This document shows, piece after piece, positions 1 through 8,260 of a stretch of 21,756 nt of DNA. The DNA is from an uncultured Deferribacteres bacterium (GTDB lineage: Bacteria > Zhuqueibacterota > Zhuqueibacteria > Zhuqueibacterales > Geothermadaptataceae), in the NCBI GenBank assembly GCA_964014485.1, contig CAXHAT010000137.1, positions 1 to 21,756 on the forward strand. The letters are read 5' to 3'. The notes beneath the pieces were generated by a model. The model worked only from the letters and a program-made list of their open reading frames with translations. It was not told the DNA's origin and searched no databases. Position 1 is the first letter of the stretch, and each line of letters begins with the position of its first letter. The translations under genes and the position numbers were made by a program.

Positions 1-100
1 GAACTGTGAACTGTGAACTGTGAACTGTGAACTGTGAACTGTGAACTGTGAACTGTGAACTGATCTAATCAATTCAGCTTACAGTTTACAGCTCACAGTC
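1..100. repeat. 7-bp tandem repeat (GAACTGT x ~9, truncated by the window edge) followed by 4 degenerate inverted copies
   Basis: Perfect GAACTGT units over 1-62. Then TTCAGCT/TACAGTT/TACAGCT/CACAGTC at 73-100, which resemble the reverse complement and allow a fold-back 13 bp after the PKD gene stop. Confidence 0.95.
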
Positions 101-113
101 AACTGAGCATTGG

Positions 114-3100
114 CTATCGAATGAGAATGATCTTCCGCGTGGCGGCGAACTTACCGGCGCGCAGTCTCAGAAAATAAAGTCCAACTGGCATGATCCGGCG
201 ATTGGCGTCGCGACCGTCCCACTCTAGCGAGTGTGATCCTTGCCCAAGTTTATCTCCAACTTGCAGTTCGCGAACAAGCTGGCCTAATGCGTTGTAAACG
301 CCAACAAAAATAGCTTCTTGTTTCGGCAGTGAAAACCGAATTTGCACGCCCGACGCGCCGCTCGATGCACTGAATGGATTCGGGTAAGCCTCGTGCAGCC
401 TGAATTGATTCGGCCCGGCCAGATCATCCTGAACGGAAGTCGGAGGGGACACTGTGACAAATATCGAATCTGCTGCAAATAGTCCCAGATTATCGTGCGC
501 TTTCAATTCAAGAATATAGTCGCCGCTCTCGCTGAACGTCCAAATATCCGATTTAACGTTCGTCGAAATGACTGTCGGGGCGCCTTGATCCGGGATCAAT
601 GACCAGATGAAGTGCGCGGAGGGCAGCGTTCCGTCTTCGGCGTCATTCGCTTCACCCGAAAAGAAAAGCGTGTGCCCTTGCATGATCGTTGTGTCCTGCG
701 CGGGTGAATGAATCGCGACGTCCGGCGCAAAATTGAAAAACACTTTGATTTCAACAAACGCCGTATCGCTGATTCCGTCATTGTCGGTTACGATAAGGCG
801 TGCGTTGTAAACGCCTTTGTTCGGATAAGTATAGACCGGATCAGCCGCCACACTTGCGCCGGTTCCGTCGCCAAAATCCCAGTTGTAGGAAGCAATCGTC
901 CCGTCTTCATCCGAAGACGTCGAACCGGAAAATTGTACTTCCAACGGCGCATCTCCGCTATCCGGTGTGGCTGTGGCAACAGCAACCGGCTTGACGACTT
1001 TTTGCATTGTTATGTTGATGGCAGCGGTGTTTTTCAAACCGTCGTTATCGGTCACGGTCAATTGCGCCGTGAAATTTCCGCCGCTGGAATATTGATAGGT
1101 CGGGTCGGCCTGTGTGCTCGTTCCAATCCCATCGCCAAAATCCCACTCATAACCCACGATTTGCCCGTCGGCGTCCGTCGAATTCGAACCTGTAAATTGT
1201 AAAACAGTCAACGTGTTCGCGTTAGCATTGTCAACGCTGGCGACAGCGACCGGAGCTTGCGGTGCAGCCACCGAAATCTGAACCGTGGCCGAGCCCTGCA
1301 GACCGTCGTCATCCGTCACGGTAAGCGCAACTGTGTAATTTCCGGCACTTGCAAATTGGTACGTCGGTTCTGCGACGGCGCTTGATCCCGCCCCGTCGCC
1401 AAAATCCCACGCATAGGTGACGATTGAACCGTCGCCGTCCGTCGATTGGGCGCCGGAAAAGGAAAAAGTCGTGAGCGTGCTGCCGGAAACAGGGCTCGCA
1501 GTGACAACCGCCGTCGGCGCTTGCAAAGCGTTCACGGTAATCGCAATTGTCGCCGTGTCTTTCAACCCGTCGGAGTCGGTCACAACCAATTCAGCCGTAT
1601 AATTTCCGGGCGTCGTGTATGTATGCGACGGGTCGGCGCTGCTGCTCACGGCGCCGTCGCCAAACGTCCAAAAATAGGAGGCGATTTGTCCGTCGGGGTC
1701 TGTTGAACCCGAGCCTGTGAATTGAACTTGTAGTGAAACTTTGCCGGAAGTCGGCGTTGCTGAAGCGACTGCGGTCGGCGGTATCGGGTGAACAGTCGTA
1801 ATCGTGACAAAAGCTGAATCGCTTTTGCCTTCGTTGTCTAGCACGATTAATCGTGCGTTAAAAGTCCCTTCTTGCGTATAGGTGTGTTGTGAGTTTGGAA
1901 GCGTACTTGTCCCGCCGTCGCCAAAGTTCCAATTGTAGCTAACAATTTTGCCGTCGAGATCGGAAGAGCCGTCGCTCAAAAAGTTGACCACAAGCGGCGT
2001 CTTGCCGAAAGTTGGCGAGCCGGAAGCCACGGCGTCCGGCGGCTTGTTGAAACGCGTCACGTCAATTTCGTTGTACCAAATTTGGTTCTGCGTGCGATTC
2101 TCAAGCGCGACAAGGATGTTTTTGGAATGATCCGTCGACTTTGCGGAGACGGTCAAATCGCGAAATTCATCGACGCCGTTCTGAAAAACGACAACTGTTG
2201 GCGCGGAAAGGAAATCCGCTTCCTGGCCGCGTTTTACTTTTTTATAAACGCCGGTTCCAGGCTGAATTTCGTCGCCTTCAAAAGTTCCAAAGGCATAGAT
2301 TTCTTCGTTCGTTTCATCATAAGCGACCGTCGGGCGCGTCCAGCCATCGTCGTTATTGAGATGAAACGTGTGCCAGCCTGCTGCGTCTCGCTTTAAAAAG
2401 CCGTTCGAGGCGACCGTGCTCCCGCCGCCGTCTGTTTTCGTAACAACGTAAATGTTGCCGCTGGTATCGCTGATCGCGGAAATATGATCATCCGCTTCAG
2501 TTCCAAAGAATTGCGTGATTGCGCCGGTTTCGTCCACCCATGCAGCAGATGCGTCCCCGTCTTTATGATAGAGAAATCCATAAATTGAGTTTGGCGAGGT
2601 GTTTTCAGCGTAAACAACGCCGACATAAGGCACGCCCGCAATTTTGAAGCGCACGGCGTCAGTTAAACCGCTGTCGTCATTAAGCCCGGTTTTTATCGCC
2701 GCTTGCTGGCTCCAGGTAAAGCCGTCGTCGGCGGAGTTGATCGAAACAAGTTGACTTGCCGAGATCAGGAAAGCCCAAAGCACGCCTTGCGTGTCGCGAG
2801 TAAAACTCGCCGGATTTCCAGACGAGAAATCAAAATCCGGGATTTCCACGGGGAATCCTTTATCCGGCGTCCACGAGCCTTCGACATAGCTCAGGCGAAG
2901 TATTAATGTTCTGGAAGTGTGAGAAATGAAGATGTAAAGCTTCCCGTTCTGATCGTCGAGATAGCAATCCGGGCGAGATTTCTCATTGTCGGTGAATTGG
3001 ATCGATTGGGTCCAGGTTGAACCGTTTTTTTTCCAAAGATGCCATTTGCCCAAAGTCGGCGCTGCAAGCCACCATTCGCCATTGTAGTAGAAAGCGCGGT

Positions 3101-3242
3101 TTTGGTTTGGTTTTTCGTAATCCCCGCTGGCCCCGGGAACGGGTGCGCCAATTGTCTGTGTTAAAGCGGGTGCGGTCAAAGCAAACTGTGTTAAAACACA
3201 CCCGGCGAGCACAAGCCCAAAAAGTCGACGTCTCTGTCGCAT
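114..3242 (-). CDS. Secreted PKD-repeat protein: N-terminal putative beta-propeller, 5 PKD domains, an Ig-like domain and a C-terminal FlgD-Ig/T9SS-like sorting domain
   Basis: 1042-aa ORF with a signal peptide and GGAGG RBS. Five SxDxDG-I-x-Y-x-W-x-FGDG...LxVTDxDG PKD repeats (~740-2050), one Asp-box (SADDGFTW), and a C-terminal YPNPF...WDGRD...GLYFLRL motif. Confidence 0.9.
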   Translation of the reverse strand: MRQRRRLFGLVLAGCVLTQFALTAPALTQTIGAPVPGASGDYEKPNQNRAFYYNGEWWLAAPTLGKWHLWKKNGSTWTQSIQFTDNEKSRPDCYLDDQNGKLYIFISHTSRTLILRLSYVEGSWTPDKGFPVEIPDFDFSSGNPASFTRDTQGVLWAFLISASQLVSINSADDGFTWSQQAAIKTGLNDDSGLTDAVRFKIAGVPYVGVVYAENTSPNSIYGFLYHKDGDASAAWVDETGAITQFFGTEADDHISAISDTSGNIYVVTKTDGGGSTVASNGFLKRDAAGWHTFHLNNDDGWTRPTVAYDETNEEIYAFGTFEGDEIQPGTGVYKKVKRGQEADFLSAPTVVVFQNGVDEFRDLTVSAKSTDHSKNILVALENRTQNQIWYNEIDVTRFNKPPDAVASGSPTFGKTPLVVNFLSDGSSDLDGKIVSYNWNFGDGGTSTLPNSQHTYTQEGTFNARLIVLDNEGKSDSAFVTITTVHPIPPTAVASATPTSGKVSLQVQFTGSGSTDPDGQIASYFWTFGDGAVSSSADPSHTYTTPGNYTAELVVTDSDGLKDTATIAITVNALQAPTAVVTASPVSGSTLTTFSFSGAQSTDGDGSIVTYAWDFGDGAGSSAVAEPTYQFASAGNYTVALTVTDDDGLQGSATVQISVAAPQAPVAVASVDNANANTLTVLQFTGSNSTDADGQIVGYEWDFGDGIGTSTQADPTYQYSSGGNFTAQLTVTDNDGLKNTAAINITMQKVVKPVAVATATPDSGDAPLEVQFSGSTSSDEDGTIASYNWDFGDGTGASVAADPVYTYPNKGVYNARLIVTDNDGISDTAFVEIKVFFNFAPDVAIHSPAQDTTIMQGHTLFFSGEANDAEDGTLPSAHFIWSLIPDQGAPTVISTNVKSDIWTFSESGDYILELKAHDNLGLFAADSIFVTVSPPTSVQDDLAGPNQFRLHEAYPNPFSASSGASGVQIRFSLPKQEAIFVGVYNALGQLVRELQVGDKLGQGSHSLEWDGRDANRRIMPVGLYFLRLRAGKFAATRKIILIR

Positions 3243-3484
3243 ACTGCCTCCTGTATCTCTGTTGTTTTGCGCGTGCTGTAAAAAGGATGGCTGTAAAAGC
3301 GTTTTGAAATTGGTTCCCGTCGTTCATCCAACGAACCTGTCGGTGAACGGCAGAGAGCCAATGATTTACTAGAAATCTAGAGTACGCACGTCTTCCAGCG
3401 AATGCAGAAGTCGCCGTCTATATTCTCGGCAGGAGAAAACAATTAAAAAACAATGCTTTGTCGATTCTTGAATTGACACAACTT

Positions 3485-4495
3485 TTACATCTGCAAGACC
3501 TTGCTCTTTTCACTGGAAAGCATGTTTCGAACCATCTTTTCCAAACGAGGTTTCAAAACGGGAAAGCCTGATATCGATTCTTTAATTTGCTTGATTCTGT
3601 GAACCTGAAGATAGTGAGACGCGACAAAAAGCGTCATGTGTTCGTCAAGCGTCGTTCGATCCAATCCAAAAACCTTTTCATATCCGCTCACAAACGCCGC
3701 CAACGCTTCTTCCGCGCGACGCTTGGGAAATGCGATTGCGCTGCGGCACAAAATCAGATCGCGGCACAACATGCCGAGGTCAAAATAGCGATTCCCGGCG
3801 CCGCACGTTTCAAAATCGATCAAGCTCAGCTTTCCACCATGCACCAAAATATTGCGCATGGTGCAGTTTCCGTGAACGAAAGCGTCTTCTTCATTAGGTG
3901 GTGAAAAGCTCCCAAACCAATCGGCGATTTCGCGGCTTAATGCGTCCGGCTTTTTGACGCGCCCCAGACGGTTTTCAAAAGTTTTCACTGCGTCAAGACT
4001 GGTCTTTCTTTCTCCAGGGTCTATGCGGGCCGCGTGCAATGTAGCCAATACGCCGCCAAAGTCGCGAAAGTATTGGTTGATCTCAGCCGTTTCATTGCCA
4101 AACGGATTTAGACAGTTACGGTAGAGCTTCAGATTCAACTGCTTCCCAGGAATGGCCGAAGCCAAAATGTACCTGGGTTCCTGAGAAACGCGAATGGATT
4201 TAGCGTGACGAAAGCTTGGCTCCTGTGCAACATATTCAGCGACTTTTCTGAAGCCAAGCGCTTCCCCCTCGATGCCGTTCGCCTTGCCTTTGCACGGAAT
4301 TTTAAGGTACCAGCCGGAATTATCTTGCACACGATAAACGATATTCCGCCCTTTTTGCAAAACCTTAAATTCTGCCGCCCCTTGTCTTTTGAGTCGCCCG
4401 TCGCGTAAATCGTCATAGTTCTGTTCGATCGTTTTGCAAAGCGCATCAGCTTCGGTTGCGATCTTTGCGGTTTCCTGAAATGAAAGTATTTCCAT
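3485..4495 (-). CDS. Aminoglycoside phosphotransferase/choline-kinase-fold protein with an atypical catalytic loop
   Basis: 336 aa. YLK (VAIK-like), LATLH, HGNCTMRN (HGDxxxxN equivalent), IDFE (DFG equivalent) and FDLG motifs. Confidence 0.8.
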   Translation of the reverse strand: MEILSFQETAKIATEADALCKTIEQNYDDLRDGRLKRQGAAEFKVLQKGRNIVYRVQDNSGWYLKIPCKGKANGIEGEALGFRKVAEYVAQEPSFRHAKSIRVSQEPRYILASAIPGKQLNLKLYRNCLNPFGNETAEINQYFRDFGGVLATLHAARIDPGERKTSLDAVKTFENRLGRVKKPDALSREIADWFGSFSPPNEEDAFVHGNCTMRNILVHGGKLSLIDFETCGAGNRYFDLGMLCRDLILCRSAIAFPKRRAEEALAAFVSGYEKVFGLDRTTLDEHMTLFVASHYLQVHRIKQIKESISGFPVLKPRLEKMVRNMLSSEKSKVLQM

Positions 4496-4757
4496 AAATT
4501 GCTGTTTTTTATAATCCTAACCGGCGATTCACTTATTTTTCATTAGAACGCGAAGTCACCGAGGCGCTGAATTTTTAAAATCACTGGCAGAAATACGAAT
4601 GCCGGAAAAATGAATAAGCGCTGGTACTCGCATCATCCAGGAGTCATTCTCCCGTCGACCATTTTTCTGGAAGTCTCTAATTTGGCCTTGGAAACCTGCT
4701 ATGTTTAGAATTGTAAATGTTATCAACAAGCGGCGGGATGCGCTGAAAAAGCAGACG

Positions 4758-5693
4758 TTATTGTTCTTTGAGTTTTGCCATCAACTCATTCATGTCGGCG
4801 GGCAGCGGCGCTTCCATAACAACTTCGCTTTCGGTTTTTGGATGGGTAAATCGCAGACGGGCGCAATGTAGTGCGTGTCTGGGCAACAGGAATTCGCGCT
4901 CGGCAAATCCATCTTTCCAGGCGATAAATTCATCATCCGTCATGCTGTAAAGCTTTTCCCCAACAATTATATGGCCAATCGCGGCGAGATGAATTCGCAG
5001 TTGATGCGTCCGCCCGGTTTCCGGCTTGAGCTCTAGCAGAGAAAAATCATCCCCGATTTGTTCGATCAAACGATAATGTGTGACGGCTTGTTTGGGTCTG
5101 TCGATTTTCTCAAATCCATACCTGTACGGCAGTTTCGACTCGACCATCTTTCCAAGCGGCAAATCGATTGTCCCGATCGGCGGATCCGGTACGCCGTGAA
5201 CCAAGGCAAAATATGTTTTATCGACCTCGCGTGCGGCAAAAATTCGATGCATCTCGCGCACCATTTCCACGCTGCGAGCAATGACCATGACGCCGGATGT
5301 GTTCATATCCAGTCGATTGACGAGGCTTGCTTCCGGAAACGCGGGCTGTCGCAGAAATCGAAGGTGATAGATCAAATTCGCCTTCATAAACTTGCCGGTC
5401 GCATGGACGACAAGTCCGGGCGGCTTATCAATTCCCAAAAGCCATTTGTCTTCATGGACAATTTTGTAGTCAAATTGCCAATCTTCAGGATCGACCACCG
5501 GCACTTCGCATGCGACGACGTCGTTCTGGTGCACGGTCGTTTCAGTTGAGCATTGCACATCATTGCAAAAAACGTTGCCGGCCACAACCTGCTCGCGCCA
5601 TTGCAGTGACGTAAGGTATGAAAATCGCCCGGAGAGATAATCGACAATCGGCGTGTTTTTGTGCGGCGAGGGGACAGTTGAGGAAAATCGCAT
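4758..5693 (-). CDS. RluA-family pseudouridine synthase with an N-terminal S4-like domain
   Basis: DKPPGLVVH, NRLDMNTSG (catalytic Asp), TGRTHQLRIHL and LHCARL motifs. Confidence 0.95.
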   Translation of the reverse strand: MRFSSTVPSPHKNTPIVDYLSGRFSYLTSLQWREQVVAGNVFCNDVQCSTETTVHQNDVVACEVPVVDPEDWQFDYKIVHEDKWLLGIDKPPGLVVHATGKFMKANLIYHLRFLRQPAFPEASLVNRLDMNTSGVMVIARSVEMVREMHRIFAAREVDKTYFALVHGVPDPPIGTIDLPLGKMVESKLPYRYGFEKIDRPKQAVTHYRLIEQIGDDFSLLELKPETGRTHQLRIHLAAIGHIIVGEKLYSMTDDEFIAWKDGFAEREFLLPRHALHCARLRFTHPKTESEVVMEAPLPADMNELMAKLKEQ

Positions 5694-5702
5694 GACCGGC
5701 GG

Positions 5703-5912
5703 CTAAAAAGCTTTTATTTCGCCCGTCTCGACAATCTCGACGGGAAAGCCTTCGATTTCGGAAGGTATTTTCTTCTCAAGAGCCGCCGTTTTCTTCGACA
5801 CCATGACTTTTATTCCTTCGCGCCCGCCGATAAGACCAATCCCTACGCCGACAACTCCGCGAATTGACATGATTTCATTCTGCCGTTTTGCTTTGGCTTC
5901 TCGTATGGTCAT
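5703..5912 (-). CDS. Small hypothetical protein resembling the N-terminal pro-region of Nal1-like/trypsin-like proteases
   Basis: 69-aa ORF filling the gap between hicA and the RluA gene on the same strand. Motif GVVGVGIG...V.V.KK...IPSEIEGFPVEIVETGEI. Confidence 0.7.
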   Translation of the reverse strand: MTIREAKAKRQNEIMSIRGVVGVGIGLIGGREGIKVMVSKKTAALEKKIPSEIEGFPVEIVETGEIKAF

Positions 5913-5942
5913 GATTTTACATAAATTTGATGTTACTGCCGA

Positions 5943-6164
5943 TCAGACTTCAAACGTTTCTCTCGGCAACCCCGATTGCCGGATAATCGATTGCAGAGTT
6001 CCTCGTCGAATCTCTTTATGATCAGGTACGGGCACCGTAATGGTCGTATTGGGTTTAGTGAGTTGCATAACAATATGGCTGCCTCGTCTTCGCGCTTCCT
6101 GAAACCCGCTTTGCTTAAGAATTTTACAAACTTCCTTGCCGGAAAGCACGCGCAGTTTACCCAA
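5943..6164 (-). CDS. hicA: HicA-family mRNA interferase toxin
   Basis: LSGKEVCKIL..GF...RRRGSH...TVPVPDH.EI..GTLQSIIRQSGL signature. The likely start is TTG at 6164 (GAGG RBS; the track gives 6170), overlapping the hicB stop. Confidence 0.92.
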   Translation of the reverse strand: MGKLRVLSGKEVCKILKQSGFQEARRRGSHIVMQLTKPNTTITVPVPDHKEIRRGTLQSIIRQSGLPRETFEV

Positions 6165-6378
6165 CGCCAACCTCGACGTTGGTTACGTACACTTCTGAAT
6201 GAAATCGTGAACGAATTTCTTCAGGCGAGGCGCACTCAAAAAATAATTCCAGAGCTTCTCGCAAATTTTCCCTCGCTTCCGAAACGGAGTCTCCCTGGCT
6301 GGCAATATCCAATTCCGGGCACAAAGAAACATATCCATTGCCATCGCGCTCAATGATGGCCGTCAATTGTCTTCGCAT
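6157..6378 (-). CDS. hicB: Short HicB-family antitoxin without a DNA-binding domain
   Basis: IIERDGNGYVSLCPELDIASQGDSVSEARENLREALELF is the HicB partial RNase H fold. 73 aa, upstream of and overlapping hicA. Confidence 0.9.
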   Translation of the reverse strand: MRRQLTAIIERDGNGYVSLCPELDIASQGDSVSEARENLREALELFFECASPEEIRSRFHSEVYVTNVEVGVG

Positions 6379-6607
6379 TCGTTTCTCTCAATTGGAAATT
6401 CTGGACGATTGAAAATCATTACACGCAAAATAAATTTAAAGGTGCTGACGATCAAGCTTTAACTTTTGAATTTTCACAGTCTCATACGCCGACGATTTTT
6501 ATCTTTATTCCAATTAAGGCCGTTTGCATTTAGATTATCTGCACAGACAAGTTGCAGGTTGGGGCTTCTTCTCAAAGTATCTCCCACCTTTAAAATCAGG
6601 CTGCAAG

Positions 6608-8260
6608 TTACTGCGCCCGGATGACTTCGCCGAAGCTCGTCAGCGACTCCCCGCCCTTCATTTTTCCGCGCTCAAAAATCTTCTCAATAGGCCCAACAAG
6701 CGTCATTTGAAAATGCTCCGGCTTTAGATATTTTTTAGCTACGCGCTGCACGTCCGCTGCGCTGACCGCGCGCACCATCGCGGGAAACTTTTCCGTGTTC
6801 TCGTGATTGCCAAAATCCAGCCATTCCAGAGCGAAAGTTCTCGCGGTTTTTTCGCCATCCTCAAATCTCATTTGAAATCGTCCGTCAACCCAGGCGTTTT
6901 TTGCGATCATCAATTCTTCATCGGAAACTGGGCTGGTTTGAATTTTTTCGATTTCTCGGAGCATAATCTCGACCAATTGTCCAATGACTTCAGGGCGGCC
7001 ATAGGTACGAAAAGTATACGTCCCCCCTCCCCCCTTGAAGAATTCAGGATAGCCGCCGACCGTGTTGGTCAGCCCGCGTTTATCGCGCATTTCCAACCAC
7101 ATGCGCACCGCGAAGTGTCCGCCCGCCAAAATATAATTCATCACTTCCAGCGCAACTTGATCTTTGCGGGAAATAACAGGCAAAGCGTGTCCCATCGCAA
7201 GCCAGCCTTGCAGTTTGTCGCTGTTGAAAGTGTGGATGCTACGCCCTGAGACGCTCTTGGCGGCCGGAATCTTTTTTGCTTTGACCGCATTACCTCGCGG
7301 CAGATCGGAAAATGTTTTTTCAACTATTGCAACCGCCTCAGCACGCTCAAAATCTCCTGAAACAGCCAGCACAATGTTTGACGCGTTAAAATATTTCTGA
7401 TGAAAATTTTCCACGTCGGCAGCCTTGAGCGCCGCGTAGTCCTTAGCCGCGGGTTCATAGCCAAAGGGGTGGTCTGCGAGCAGGCGTCTGTCAAGTTCTG
7501 CAACGGCCACATCCAATGAGCCTTCGTACAAAACCGGCCCGCTTTCGCCGGTCGCTGCAGCAGAGCGCGATTCCTGACTTGCAGCCGCTTTTTGTGCTGA
7601 AGAAATGTCTTCCTGAGAAATTTCGGGAGAACTCAAGAGCGCGGCAAAAAGCGACGAGGCTGGTTCGACGTCTTCCACGCCGACGTTGAGAGAAATTTCG
7701 GTGCGCTCATGTGAAACTTCAATGCGAAAATCAGCGACCATTTCTCGCAATTTTGAATGAAACGCTTCCGCCGCCATCGAAGACGGGCCGTTGTTTTTCA
7801 GCGCACGCGCCAAAATTTCAGCCGCGCCCTGCTTGTTGTCCGAAGCGAGCCCGGCGCGTACAAACGCCGTGATCGTAGCTAATCCCGTCCCGCGATTTTC
7901 AGCGATATAGGCCGTCAACCCGTTAGGCAATTTAACTTGAAATTTTTGCGGGGCAGGTCGTTGAAACGCACTTTCCGGTAAGTTCATTTTTGTCGGGTGA
8001 GTGTAGTCTTGCGCGTGAATTATTCCGTTCAAAGTCACGCTTAAAAACAAAATAGAAGATATGAACGCACCGCGCCGCAAAATAGGAATCATGCCTTTGG
8101 GTTCATTCCCGCACAGGCGGGAAGCTACAAACCGCGCCACGACGCTCCTGGATTCCCGCCTGCGCGGGAATGACGTAAAAAACATAGAAAATGATCTGAG
8201 CCAAATTTGGAAGAGCTGTGTAGAACGATTTTGACGCTTTGATTTCATTAGAATTCTCAT
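6608..8260 (-). CDS. M16 (insulinase/pitrilysin) family non-catalytic subunit, secreted
   Basis: LPNGL, no HxxEH (GAAEILARAL at the equivalent position), LAVSGD, MNYILAGG...MRDKRGLTN, VSAADVQRVAKKYL. The start is uncertain: 8260 (ATGA overlap with the upstream gene) or 8092 (directly before the signal peptide ending in HA-QD). Confidence 0.88.
   Translation of the reverse strand: MRILMKSKRQNRSTQLFQIWLRSFSMFFTSFPRRRESRSVVARFVASRLCGNEPKGMIPILRRGAFISSILFLSVTLNGIIHAQDYTHPTKMNLPESAFQRPAPQKFQVKLPNGLTAYIAENRGTGLATITAFVRAGLASDNKQGAAEILARALKNNGPSSMAAEAFHSKLREMVADFRIEVSHERTEISLNVGVEDVEPASSLFAALLSSPEISQEDISSAQKAAASQESRSAAATGESGPVLYEGSLDVAVAELDRRLLADHPFGYEPAAKDYAALKAADVENFHQKYFNASNIVLAVSGDFERAEAVAIVEKTFSDLPRGNAVKAKKIPAAKSVSGRSIHTFNSDKLQGWLAMGHALPVISRKDQVALEVMNYILAGGHFAVRMWLEMRDKRGLTNTVGGYPEFFKGGGGTYTFRTYGRPEVIGQLVEIMLREIEKIQTSPVSDEELMIAKNAWVDGRFQMRFEDGEKTARTFALEWLDFGNHENTEKFPAMVRAVSAADVQRVAKKYLKPEHFQMTLVGPIEKIFERGKMKGGESLTSFGEVIRAQ
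8103..8173. repeat. dRS3/RPE-like palindromic element (two inverted TTCCCGC-n-GCGGGAA units)
   Basis: TCATTCCCGCACAGGCGGGAA (8103-8123) and TTCCCGCCTGCGCGGGAATGA (8153-8173) are inverted with 1 mismatch in 21. Each arm is itself a hairpin. It translates as SFPRRRES on the - strand. Confidence 0.88.

Noticed and set aside
1..62. Possible CRISPR array or telomere-like repeat
   Set aside because: The 7-bp units are contiguous with no unique spacers, and there are no cas genes. It is a simple tandem repeat at a contig end.
740..2050. DNA-level repeats (CCGTCGCCAAAATCCCA etc.) as a possible DGR template/variable pair
   Set aside because: They are explained by five in-frame PKD domains. No reverse transcriptase is present and no adenine-specific mismatch pattern was seen.
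3485..4495. Aminoglycoside resistance gene
   Set aside because: Only the fold is shared. The catalytic Asp is missing and the context is not resistance-like.
6545..6607. Possible terminator after the M16 operon (TTGCAG...CTGCAA)
   Set aside because: The stem is short and interrupted, and there is no convincing U-tract on the - strand.
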